Assembly (NCBI GenBank): GCA_965213625.1
Contig: CBDBZU010000004.1
Coordinates: 1,600,001 to 1,664,000, forward strand
Direction: 5' to 3'
Length of the DNA stretch: 64,000 nucleotides
From: a bacterium
GTDB lineage: Bacteria; UBA8248
Positions 35,349 to 44,815 of this stretch are shown piece by piece (position 1 is the first letter of the stretch; the number at the start of each line of letters is the position of its first letter). Both the position numbers and the translations under genes were made by a program. The notes under the pieces were generated by a model. The model worked only from the letters and a program-made list of their open reading frames with translations. It searched no databases and was not told where the DNA came from.

Positions 35349-35903
35349 TCAAGCGCTCGCCTGCGTGAGGGCCGCCGCGAGATGCGCGCTTGCTCTCGCC
35401 GACATCTCATCCACCTCCTCGCGCTTTCTGCCCGCAATGGGGTGGGGAAGTGCGACGAGGGGAAGATCGCTCATCTTGTGCAGCTTGGTGAGTTGCTTCG
35501 CGTATGTCTCAAACGCGTCGGTGACGATGGTGACCGTGGCCAGCCCTCTTTTCTCTAAAGCGACGCTGTCGTGGATACTCCACGATGTGCACGAGCCTCA
35601 GTCGCCGAGTGCGGAAACAACGGCGTCGCACTCTCCTTCCACCTGCTCCATGAGGGCGGGCGATGCGCCGCTCACGGATTCCTTCCGGTAGCGCACAACG
35701 CGCACGCCCGGGAACTGTTTTTCAAGCGCGGCGCCCATGACGCTTAAAATCTTATCGGTGAAATCCTTCGTGTTGTTGATGAGGCCGACGCTCATGCCGT
35801 TCAGGCTTTCTGGCCGCGCCGCCATGACGGCGCTCGCGCCCGGAGCCTCCGCCACGGGTTCGTAGACGAGAATTTTTTCCTTTTCCTTCGTCATTTCACT
35901 CAT
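35349..35903 (-). CDS. UGSC-family selenoprotein (in-frame UGA at 35600-35598)
   Basis: ALGD-U-GSCTSWSIHD; frame stays open 82 codons past the UGA; SECIS-like hairpin. Confidence 0.82.
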
Positions 35904-36053
35904 GTCCACCCTCCAGTGAATGATTGTCGGGGAGGTCGAAATCTCCTGTCTCGGTCATTTCCAGCCATTCTAACCGAAGCGGCGGCCCGAGGGAAAACCA
36001 TGGTTTTTACCCGGTTAGGCTTCGGGGCGTCACTCACGCTGAATCTAGGTTCT

Positions 36054-37055
36054 TTACCCGATCCCCCGAACATCCTTCGCCCAGGCGTTCATGAAGACCG
36101 TCCTGTCGGGCAGGTTGTTGTTGATGCGGAGCCCCCTGACGCCCAGGTTTTCCAGGTCTTCCAGCCTTTTCCGGCATTCGGCGGGTGTGCCGACGATGGC
36201 GAATCGCTCCGCCAGGTAGTCCCTCAGGCCGTACTCGTCGACTAGGCCTGCGTTGTTCGACTTGTCCATGAAGCCGTGCTCCGAGGTCTGGTATCCGTCT
36301 CTGAGTGCGCGGATGCCGGATTCGAGTTCGGTGGGGATTCGCTTGTTCTCCAGCGTGAAGGCGAACGAGTGGTGCGCGCTCGCGGCGAGGGCGGTGCGGA
36401 TGTCTTCGCGGGCGTGCTCCCCGTCCGCGTCCACGTGGGCGTCCACCAGCCACCATAGGTCAAGTTCTTCCACCCTCCGGCCTGATTTCTTGGCGCCCTC
36501 GTCGATGAAGGAGAGCGTGTCCGCGATGACTTCTGGAATCAGGCCCGTTCCGATGATGACGCCGTCGGCCACCTCGCCCGCGAGGCGCAGCGTCTTGGGG
36601 CCTTCTGCGGCGATGTGAATAGGCACGTGGGCTTTGTGCCAGCTCAGCCGGGCGTTATTCCCTTTGTACTGCGCGCTTCCATCTTCGAGCATGCCTCGCA
36701 CGGCGAGAATGTATTCGCGCATCTCGGCGAGCTTCGCGGGCCTTAATCCCAGATTTAGTACGGCGCTGTCGCCCGTGGCGATCCCCCAGAAGGCGCGCCC
36801 GCCGGAGAGTTCGCTGATGGTGCCGATGGCGCTTGCTGCCACCGCCGGGTGGCGCGTGACGGGGTTCGTGACGCACGGCCCGAAGATAATCTCGCTCGTC
36901 TCCATCGCGCATATCGCACAGGAGACGTAGACTTCTCTGTAAAGGGACTGGGTGTCGGGGATGAATACCGCGTCGAAGCCGAGTTCTTCCGCGCACTTAC
37001 ACCAGCGGGCGAATGAATCCGTGTCGGGCGGTCTGAATGAAATGCCGTGTCTCAT
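36054..37055 (-). CDS. LLM-class (Mer-like, probably F420-dependent) oxidoreductase
   Basis: VTNPVTRHP, GIATGDS, EGPKTLRLAGEVADG. Confidence 0.88.
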   Translation of the reverse strand: MRHGISFRPPDTDSFARWCKCAEELGFDAVFIPDTQSLYREVYVSCAICAMETSEIIFGPCVTNPVTRHPAVAASAIGTISELSGGRAFWGIATGDSAVLNLGLRPAKLAEMREYILAVRGMLEDGSAQYKGNNARLSWHKAHVPIHIAAEGPKTLRLAGEVADGVIIGTGLIPEVIADTLSFIDEGAKKSGRRVEELDLWWLVDAHVDADGEHAREDIRTALAASAHHSFAFTLENKRIPTELESGIRALRDGYQTSEHGFMDKSNNAGLVDEYGLRDYLAERFAIVGTPAECRKRLEDLENLGVRGLRINNNLPDRTVFMNAWAKDVRGIG

Positions 37056-37072
37056 GAAGGTGTCCTCTCAGG

Positions 37073-38077
37073 TTACTTGCTCCGGCTGATTATCTCGCGG
37101 CCCCACGCCCGGATGAAGGCGGGCTTGTCGTGCACGTGGGCGGCGATCCTCAAGTTCTCGACGCCGAATGAATTCATGTCCGCTATCTTCTGCCTGCACT
37201 CTTCGGGCGAGCCTGCGATGGCGAAGCGATCGAGCAGGTATTCGCGTAGGCCGAGCCTGTCCACGAGTTCGGCGTTCGTCTGCTTGTCCACCATCTCGTG
37301 CTCGTGGAACGCATATCCTTTTTTGAGTGATTCAACGGCGGAGAGGAGTTCTTTGGGAATCCGCTTGCCCTCGAGCGTGAAGCGAAAGGCGTGGTGCGCG
37401 CTCGCGGCCAGCGCCATGCGGATTTCTTCGCGTGCCTGTTCGCCGTCATCGCGCACGTTCACCTTCGCGAGCCACCAGATGTCCAGATCGCTCAGCTTGC
37501 GGCCCGATTTCCTGGCGCCCTCTTCCAACCAGGTGAGGGAATCGGCCGCGACTTCGGGCGTGAGGCCGGTACCGATAGTGACGCCGTCCGCAATCTCGCC
37601 CGCAAGCCGGATGGTGCGCGGTCCTTCGGCGGCGATGTAGAGGGGGATGCGCTTTTTGTGCCAGTTCAGGGTACAGGGCTTTCCCCGGTAGTGGGCCGTA
37701 CCCTCCTCCAACATCCCGCGCATGGCGAGCACGTAGTCTCTCATGTCGTCCACGCGGCCGGGGCGCAGGCCCAGGTTCAATACGGCGCTGTCACCCGTGG
37801 CGATTCCGAACAGCGCGCGGCCGCCCGAGAACTCATCCACCGTGGCGATGGCGCTCGCCGCCGTCGCGGGATGCCGCGTGAGGGGATTGGTGACGTTGGG
37901 GCCGAGCAGGACGCGCTTTGTGTTCGCCGCGCAAATGGCGCACGAGACGTAAAGCTCCCGATAGAGCGATTGTGAGTCCGGCACCCAGACGACGTCGAAG
38001 CCCGCTTCTTCCGAGAGTCGGCACCAGTGCGCGTAAGTCTCGGGCGCAGGGGGCAGCATGGCGATTCCGTGTTTCAT
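37073..38077 (-). CDS. LLM-class oxidoreductase (tandem paralog)
   Basis: Same motifs; ATG at 38077. Confidence 0.88.
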   Translation of the reverse strand: MKHGIAMLPPAPETYAHWCRLSEEAGFDVVWVPDSQSLYRELYVSCAICAANTKRVLLGPNVTNPLTRHPATAASAIATVDEFSGGRALFGIATGDSAVLNLGLRPGRVDDMRDYVLAMRGMLEEGTAHYRGKPCTLNWHKKRIPLYIAAEGPRTIRLAGEIADGVTIGTGLTPEVAADSLTWLEEGARKSGRKLSDLDIWWLAKVNVRDDGEQAREEIRMALAASAHHAFRFTLEGKRIPKELLSAVESLKKGYAFHEHEMVDKQTNAELVDRLGLREYLLDRFAIAGSPEECRQKIADMNSFGVENLRIAAHVHDKPAFIRAWGREIISRSK

Positions 38078-38091
38078 TTCGAAAATATCTC

Positions 38092-38997
38092 CTATTCTGG
38101 AACTCTCATCTGCACGCCGCCCGCGCGCTCTTCCTGGAGCGTCATGGCGCGTCTCGCATCTTCCTCCCCCCATCCCCGGTTCAGGCCCGTGATAAGCTCC
38201 CCGTAAGCGATGTTGCCAATCGCCATGGGTACGTCGTGCTCGCGGGCGAGTTGGAGTGCGAGGCCGACGTCCTTCACCGAGCCCTTCATGGGAAAATGCG
38301 GCTCGTCGAATTTCCCCTTGAAGAAAGTCTCGGGGAAGATGAAGTGAAAGTGCACGCCCCGGCCTACCGCGCCGTTACGAATCGTCTCGGCCAGGACATC
38401 GGGCGCTGCGCCCGCCTTGACGCCCAGGGTGTAGCATTCCGCCGCGAGGGCCTGAATGCCGTAGCTCATGCAATTATGGGCGAGCTTGCACACGGTGCCG
38501 GTTCCGATGGGGCCGGTGTAGGTGGGGCGGTCTCCCATGGCGTCGAAAAGGGGCTTGCAGCGCTCATACATCTCCTCCTCACCCCCCACCATCACGGCAA
38601 GGCGGCCCGTGTTCGCGCCGATGGTGGAGCCGCTCACGGGAGCGTCGAGCATGTGCGCGCCCGCTTCTGAGAATTTCTCGTGTATGCGGCGGACGATGGC
38701 GGGGTATCCCGTGCTCAAGTCGACGAAGACTTTCCCCGCGCTGATGCCTGCAAGAATGCCGTTCGGCCCCGTGGCGACGCTCTCGACTTCCTTGGGTCCG
38801 GGCAGCGAGGTGAAGATGATCTCGCTCGCGCGGGCCACTTCTTCGGGGGAATCCGCCCAGAGCGCGCCTCTTTCTAAGTGGTCAGCCGCCGCTTCCGGGG
38901 CGATGTCGTGAACGACGAGCTCATAGCCCGCCTTCTGGAGGTTGGCAGCCATGCCGGCCCCCATGTTTCCCAGTCCGATAAATCCGATTTTCATCAT
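38092..38997 (-). CDS. Beta-hydroxyacid dehydrogenase (3-hydroxyisobutyrate dehydrogenase family)
   Basis: GFIGLGNMG, DAPVSG, catalytic K in CKLAHN. Confidence 0.9.
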   Translation of the reverse strand: MMKIGFIGLGNMGAGMAANLQKAGYELVVHDIAPEAAADHLERGALWADSPEEVARASEIIFTSLPGPKEVESVATGPNGILAGISAGKVFVDLSTGYPAIVRRIHEKFSEAGAHMLDAPVSGSTIGANTGRLAVMVGGEEEMYERCKPLFDAMGDRPTYTGPIGTGTVCKLAHNCMSYGIQALAAECYTLGVKAGAAPDVLAETIRNGAVGRGVHFHFIFPETFFKGKFDEPHFPMKGSVKDVGLALQLAREHDVPMAIGNIAYGELITGLNRGWGEEDARRAMTLQEERAGGVQMRVPE

Positions 38998-39199
38998 CGA
39001 TTCCTTTTTGGGTTGCGAATTTCGCAAAGTGGCGTCTCTTTCGTTCCAGGCTCCGCATGTTGGAGACGAAAAAGGAGAATCTGTAAAATGAATGCAATCC
39101 ATTCCAAAAACAAGTTAAGATGAGGGGAATCAGGGAAAATATAGACGCAGAGAAGAGAAAACATCGGCGGAAAGGTGGAACTCAACGGGAGATGCGGAA

Positions 39200-39673
39200 A
39201 TGGGGACACGGGAAGCTTTTATGAGAAAGGCGATATCGCTCGCTTCTCAAAACGTGAGGGAAGGACTCGGCGGGCCTTTCGGGTCCGTCGTCGTGAAGGA
39301 TGGCGAAATCATCGGCGAGGGTACGAACCGGGTGACGTCATCTTGCGATCCCACAGCCCATGCCGAGATGATCGCCATACGGGCGGCCTGCGCGAAACTG
39401 AAGAATTTCGATTTGTCAGGCTGTGAGATATATACGAGCTGTGAACCCTGCCCGATGTGTTTGAGCGCAATTTACTGGTCGAGACTCGACCGTATGTATT
39501 TTGGAAACTCCATCGTCGAGGCTGACGCCATCGGGTTTTCCGATGAATTTCTCTACAAGGAAATCGCCCTGCCGGTCGCTGACAGAAAGCTCGAAGCAAC
39601 GCGGCTCCTGGAAGATGAAGCCCTCGAATCCTTCAATCTATGGGCGCAGATGGAGGACAAGATTTCCTACTGA
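39200..39673 (+). CDS. guaD: Guanine/nucleoside deaminase (CDA fold)
   Basis: GGPFG, HAE, PCPMC, GFSD. Confidence 0.8.
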   Translation: MGTREAFMRKAISLASQNVREGLGGPFGSVVVKDGEIIGEGTNRVTSSCDPTAHAEMIAIRAACAKLKNFDLSGCEIYTSCEPCPMCLSAIYWSRLDRMYFGNSIVEADAIGFSDEFLYKEIALPVADRKLEATRLLEDEALESFNLWAQMEDKISY

Positions 39674-39783
39674 ACGCAATTTTAATGCGTTGCCTATCTC
39701 CCTGCCGGTATCAAACTACCCGGAAAGTTGTATATCTCCCGTGCGAGGCTCCATTGATTGAGGAGAACTCGCTATCTCCGCTA

Positions 39784-40281
39784 TTATGAAATTTCCTTTG
39801 GCGCGGTTTCATCTTCCCTTAATACGACGATTCGCTCCTCGAGTTTTGGCGGCGTCATCAGCGTGTTGTGGATGGGGCAGTTCTCAAGTTCATCGAGAAG
39901 TTCCGCCTTTTGTTCTTCCGTTACGTCGCCGTGTATGTAATAGCTCGTGCGGATTATGCCGATGGCGAGTTTTCTCCGCTCCGGGTCCGCGTGGTAATCC
40001 GAGTGAAATTTAGGCGTTATGTTCCGTTTGAACTCCGCGTGGACTTCGACGTCGTCTATCTGGATGCCCTTGGCCTTCGCTGCTCCCAGCAGCGTGTATA
40101 GGCCTCAGCCCGCGTGCCCTGCGATGAAGAACTCGAACGGCGTGGCGGCCAGGTCCGTGCCACCTCTGGTTTCGGGTTCATCGAGCACGTAGGAGTGCTT
40201 GCCCGTGGTGGTGAGCATCTGAAGCTGCGTGCCCTGAATGTGGCGGAGGATGACTTGCGGCGTGTTCGGTCTTTCCGGCAT
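39784..40281 (-). CDS. OsmC/Ohr-family selenoprotein (in-frame UGA at 40107-40105)
   Basis: DEP..GG.D..TPFE..AG-U, then an open frame to CPIHNTL; SECIS-like hairpin. Confidence 0.82.
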
Positions 40282-40416
40282 GAAGATGACTCCTCGGTTA
40301 CGTTGTGGTTTATTTGTCGGTGCGATGGATTCTAGCAAAGTTAGGAGCGGGATTCTTCCCGCAAAATATTTATGGCTTCGTAGTTTGTGTTCTCATTCAA
40401 AAAGGGGGAAGGCGTT

Positions 40417-40611
40417 TTGAGTTTTCATCATGCCAGAGAGGTTTTCACCGACATGCTCGATTCGGTGAACGCGGAGGAAGAGCCGGAAAAACACCAGCTC
40501 TACAATGGGCTCACCCTGCTCGCTGAGGGGTTCGAGTATGACTTCAACATGATCAAGAACAGGCTCCAGCAACTCGAAATCGAGATGCGAAAACTCGAGG
40601 GAAAGAGCTAG
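40417..40611 (+). CDS. Small hypothetical protein
   Basis: Purine-rich SD before TTG, coding-like composition, followed by a terminator. Confidence 0.5.
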   Translation: MSFHHAREVFTDMLDSVNAEEEPEKHQLYNGLTLLAEGFEYDFNMIKNRLQQLEIEMRKLEGKS

Positions 40612-40654
40612 AAAAAAAAGAAGAGCGGGGCATTGCACCCCGCTCTCTTTTTTT
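40612..40654. terminator. Bidirectional intrinsic terminator
   Basis: agagcgggg / ccccgctct hairpin with A-run and T-run flanks. Confidence 0.8.
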
Positions 40655-40809
40655 GCTTTTCTCAGGTGAGAACTCATCTCACCTCAAAAAGGCGTTTTGT
40701 CGCCTTTTATTTGGTCATCAGCCTTTGTCTTCCTCCCCGCCCGGCTGATGCGATGGGGCCGGGGAGGGTGGCGTTTCCGCACGGCTGAAGCGATTTATCG
40801 TAGATGTCA

Positions 40810-40970
40810 TCGCATCCTCCTTCTGTAGAAGGGTTTCCTTGTGCCGGGCCGGAGCCGCTTTCTTTGACGACTCCTTGCCGCCTCACTTGGGCCAGCCAAG
40901 TACCATCAATGATGGTTCGCCCGCCTCGCTCGTCAAAGCGCTTGGACGTCTCAGCGACGGTAGCCCGGTT
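40810..40970 (-). ncRNA. Candidate structured RNA or leader, family unassigned
   Basis: Nested stems behind TTGCTT-N17-GATATT; see findings. Confidence 0.35.
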
Positions 40971-41047
40971 CCTTCAATATCGGTATTTTTATCGAAAAAA
41001 GCAAATTTTTTTTGCAGGAAAAATTCAAGTATCTGAAAAGAAGGGCC

Positions 41048-42358
41048 TTAAAAGTTCGAGGACTCCGGCGCCTCGGTGGAGGCGCTCGATTTCGTCATTT
41101 TCTCAGGCGTCGGCGCCTTGGCGAGGTTCAATTCCAGGGCCTTGGGTTCCGCGCTCAGGAATTCAAGACCGTTCGGCAGGTCGATGTTGCGGCCCGAAAG
41201 TGTGCGCGAATGCGCGCCGGGCGTCATTTTGGCGAGGTTCACGTTCACACGCAGGCGGGTGGCGTCGATGTAATTGAGCAGATCGCGCCTGCCCCTGATG
41301 CGGATTTTGACTTCTTTCGCCGCATCGGCGGGCAGGACGACGCCGTTTGGAACGTTGTAATAATGGACACGGACGCTGAATTCCTCCTCCACCTTGCTTT
41401 CGAGCTGCGGGAAGAAATTCTGCGGGTTCTGGTTCTCCTGCCCGCCGAGCGACCAGAGGAAAAAGACGGCGGCCAGCGCGGCGAGCTTGGGCCGCCAGTT
41501 CGTGAAAACGTGGCGGAGCGAGATGCGCCCCATCGACTGGCCCGACTCGCGGGCAGCGCGCAGACGCGTGGTAAGCCAGGAGGCGAGTTCTTCCTCATTT
41601 TCTATCGTCTTTGTTTGGCTGCCTTCCACGCAGGTAATCTCTCCGCGTTCCTCGGAGATGACGATCGCCAGGGCGTCACAGCGCTCGGTGATGCCCACCG
41701 CCGCCCTGTGGCGCGTGCCGAACTCGGGCGGCAGGGCGCGGTTATCCGAAAGGGGCAGAACGCATCCCACGCGCGAGATCTTGTTCTCGCGAACCACGGC
41801 GGCGCCGTCGTGGTAGGGCGCACCCTTGATAAAAATGGTTTCCAGCAGCGCCGGCTGGATGTCCGCCTCGATCTCCTCGCCCGGGCTTCTCAGGAGGGAG
41901 TCGGTCAAATCCCGGTGTTCCACGACGATGATGGCGCCCATATGCTTCGCAGCGAGCGAAAAGGCGGCACTGGCGATGGTGGCGACGCTCTCGTCCGGCA
42001 GGCGGATGCGCATTGCCCGGCGCAGCAGGGTGGAGAATCTGCGCACCGGGTTGAGCTGGAAGAATATCTTCTGGATTTCGCCGTGGAAATTGATGAGAAA
42101 CAGGATGAGCACGGCGATCCAGATGGCCCACAGCAGGAACGAGGTCAGGTGGAGTCCGGCTGCCTGGGAGGCGAGATAGATGAGCCACACCGCGAACACG
42201 CGAACGAGGAGGCGCATCGCCTGAGTGCCCTTGAAGCGAATATAGACCTGGTAGAGCAGGAACCACATAATCCCGATGTCGAGCATATGGTTCCAGGAGA
42301 GTTTTTGGAAGAAATTCAAGGCCGGTTGAGCGACGCCCCACATGAGATCAAACCTCAT
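41048..42358 (-). CDS. dacA: Diadenylate cyclase (CdaA-type) fused to a YbbR/CdaR-like domain
   Basis: 3 TMs, HDGA and GTRHRAA motifs, SEERG; further TM and VKIRIRG.R YbbR-like C-terminus. Confidence 0.85.
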   Translation of the reverse strand: MRFDLMWGVAQPALNFFQKLSWNHMLDIGIMWFLLYQVYIRFKGTQAMRLLVRVFAVWLIYLASQAAGLHLTSFLLWAIWIAVLILFLINFHGEIQKIFFQLNPVRRFSTLLRRAMRIRLPDESVATIASAAFSLAAKHMGAIIVVEHRDLTDSLLRSPGEEIEADIQPALLETIFIKGAPYHDGAAVVRENKISRVGCVLPLSDNRALPPEFGTRHRAAVGITERCDALAIVISEERGEITCVEGSQTKTIENEEELASWLTTRLRAARESGQSMGRISLRHVFTNWRPKLAALAAVFFLWSLGGQENQNPQNFFPQLESKVEEEFSVRVHYYNVPNGVVLPADAAKEVKIRIRGRRDLLNYIDATRLRVNVNLAKMTPGAHSRTLSGRNIDLPNGLEFLSAEPKALELNLAKAPTPEKMTKSSASTEAPESSNF

Positions 42359-42552
42359 CCGTCTTGTTCAGGGGGCGGTCTTTTTTGCTCGGCGAATCCA
42401 GAAAATTCCTGAGTGGCGGGCGAAGTATCCAGAATTGGTAGACGCCGGGACCACCCGCATCGTCCGCAACTCCAGAATTTTCCGTATGTTACCGCATTTA
42501 CTTAAAATTTACAATTAGCAAAATCAAAATTCCGCAAAAAAAGACGCCATAT

Positions 42553-42605
42553 GCGCATTTCCCCGCATTTGCGCGGCCCGCATTCGAGACTCCTTGCCCT
42601 AGATT
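42553..42605 (+). promoter_or_regulatory. Shared late-type promoter, copy 4 (head-tail module)
   Basis: 23 bp identical to 31075-31097; TAGATT at 42600 (+35). Confidence 0.75.
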
Positions 42606-42703
42606 ATCGCCGTTACACCCGCTCCCAGTTTCACCGGGGCGGCGGCCTCCGGCGGACCGCCGGGAATCGAAACCCTGAAAGACCAGCGAAAAAGGAGTTT
42701 CCC

Positions 42704-44782
42704 TTGAAAAAATGGATGAACCGCATTTGGGCGCGGGCCGAGGCGCAGAAGGATTCTCACCCATTGAGGTTGCATGGCCACCTCATCCGCGCGGTTGCGA
42801 AAGATGCCCAACCGTCGGGCGAAGCCTGGGATTTCGAAGTGCTGATCGCCAGGGCCGGTTACTCGAGGGACGGAGAGTGGTTCCTGCCCCGCGAGGTTCT
42901 GCGCGAGGCCGCTCCCCTGTTCGAGGGCGCGCAGGCGTTCGCGAATCACACGGGATCGGGTGGCCCCGACATCAAGAACCTGGTCGGCTGGCACCGCGAA
43001 GTCCGCATGGGCGAGGAAGGGCTGTTGAGTACGTTTGCGGTTTCGCGCTCAGCACCCTGGTTTCAGGCGCTGGCGCACGATGCGCTGGCCCGGAGCCTCG
43101 ATGAGCCCTTTGGCTTTTCCTTCGACGTGCTCGCGCAGGCGGAGTTCCGTGAGGAGGCCGATGGGCTCGTTTTGCATTTCGAAAAGATTCTGGCGGTCCA
43201 CTCCGTCGACGTTGTGCACAAAGGCAAGCTCGGGGGCGGGATTCTGGGTCTCGCCGCCAATCATTCCACTAAAACGGAGGTGAAGATGTTCGAAAAGCTC
43301 GGAAAAAAACTGAAAAGCGTGGCGCCCGAATCGGGCAAGAGGCTCGGCGATGCATGGACGCCGCAGCAGTTCCTCGCGGCCTGTGAAGACGCAGGTCTCG
43401 AACTGGACTTGAAGGAAAAAGGAGGAAACCCCATGGAAGATGGAACCGAAACCGGGACTGCGGCTCGCAAGGTGCTTGCCCAGAAACTCGCAGCCTCCAC
43501 GCTGCCCGAAGCCGTTCAGGAGAAGATGCGCGCCCAGTTCGGGGAAGGGAGCTTCTCGGAGGAGGAAATCGAAGAGGCGATCCGCATCGAGGCGGCCACG
43601 CTGGAAAAACTCACGGCAAGCGGCGCGCTTCGTGGTTTCGGCGCTCGCGCGGAGGTGATGCGTGATGAGGCGGACCGTAAGAAAGCGGCGCTAGACGGGA
43701 TATGGAATTCGCGCGAAGAGGCGGTCGAGGGTGAGCGTCCCTATCGTTTCATGAGCGAGGCGTTTCAGGATTTTACGGGACATCGCCTCACCCCGCGCCA
43801 ATTTTTTGCCGAGACGTTCCACTACCACCGCGCCGCCGAGGACTGGAACGGGGTGCGCCGACTCTCCGCCTCCTTGCAGACGAGCACGTGGGGCGAGGCG
43901 TTCGGCGATTCCATCCGCCGCGCCATGTTGCGCGACTTCCGGGACGAGCGGTTCCACCAGTGGAAGAAGATCGTCTCCTCGGTTACGCCCGTGAAGGATT
44001 TCCGCACGAACCGCCGGGTGCGCGTCGGCGGTTACGGCGATCTACAGAAAGTCGCCGAACAGGCCGCTTATCCGGCGCTCACCTCCCCGACGGATGAGGA
44101 GGTGACGTACGCCGTGGCCAAGCGCGGCGGCGTGGAGGATCTCACCTGGGAGATGATCCAGAACGACGACATGGGCGCGATTCGCATGATCCCCCAGCGA
44201 CTCGCCCGCGCGGCCCAGCGCACCCTGAACGGCTTCGTGTTCGATTTCCTCACCTCCAACGCGGATATCTACGACGGCGACGCGCTATTCCACGCCAACC
44301 ACAACAACACTTCCGCGAACGCGCTCACGTACGACAACGTCATCGCCGGGGTGAAGACGATGGGCCAGCAGACGTTCTACGGAGAAGACGGCGTCGAGGT
44401 GGCGGCGCAGGCGCGGCCCCAATACCTCGTCCACCCGACTGAACTGCTCGAAGAGGCGTTCGACGTCACCCAGTCTCCCGTCAAGGTCGTTGCGGGCGGA
44501 AACTCCAACCAGCCGAGCTTCATCAACCGCCTGGGCATGGAGCCCTTGTGGGTGCCCGAACTCACCGACGCGAACGATTGGTACATGGTCGCCGACCCGA
44601 GCCTCATGGACACCGTCGAGATCGGTTTCATGGACGATATGCGCGAACCCGAGCTGTTCATCGAGGACAACCCATCCGCTGGCAGTGGATTCAGCGCGGA
44701 CAAGATTCGCTACAAGATCAGGCACGTCTATGGCGGAGCCGTCCTGGACTTTCGCAGTTTCTATCGTGGTGCGCCCGCCTAG
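42704..44782 (+). CDS. Fused prohead protease/scaffold plus Mu gpT-like major capsid protein
   Basis: AAGGAG SD before TTG; protease-like ANH..GFSFD..SVDVV; C-terminal WEMIQNDDMGA, LFHANHNN, DFRSFY Mu gpT-like blocks. Confidence 0.85.
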   Translation: MKKWMNRIWARAEAQKDSHPLRLHGHLIRAVAKDAQPSGEAWDFEVLIARAGYSRDGEWFLPREVLREAAPLFEGAQAFANHTGSGGPDIKNLVGWHREVRMGEEGLLSTFAVSRSAPWFQALAHDALARSLDEPFGFSFDVLAQAEFREEADGLVLHFEKILAVHSVDVVHKGKLGGGILGLAANHSTKTEVKMFEKLGKKLKSVAPESGKRLGDAWTPQQFLAACEDAGLELDLKEKGGNPMEDGTETGTAARKVLAQKLAASTLPEAVQEKMRAQFGEGSFSEEEIEEAIRIEAATLEKLTASGALRGFGARAEVMRDEADRKKAALDGIWNSREEAVEGERPYRFMSEAFQDFTGHRLTPRQFFAETFHYHRAAEDWNGVRRLSASLQTSTWGEAFGDSIRRAMLRDFRDERFHQWKKIVSSVTPVKDFRTNRRVRVGGYGDLQKVAEQAAYPALTSPTDEEVTYAVAKRGGVEDLTWEMIQNDDMGAIRMIPQRLARAAQRTLNGFVFDFLTSNADIYDGDALFHANHNNTSANALTYDNVIAGVKTMGQQTFYGEDGVEVAAQARPQYLVHPTELLEEAFDVTQSPVKVVAGGNSNQPSFINRLGMEPLWVPELTDANDWYMVADPSLMDTVEIGFMDDMREPELFIEDNPSAGSGFSADKIRYKIRHVYGGAVLDFRSFYRGAPA

Positions 44783-44815
44783 TCGCGTGGCGATTGCCCT
44801 TCTTAAGGAGAAGCC

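Noticed and set aside
35598-40338. Treating 35598-35909 and 40105-40338 as short genes or pseudogenes
   Set aside because: Each UGA aligns with a catalytic Cys position, the frame continues, and a SECIS-like hairpin follows, so selenocysteine is the better explanation.
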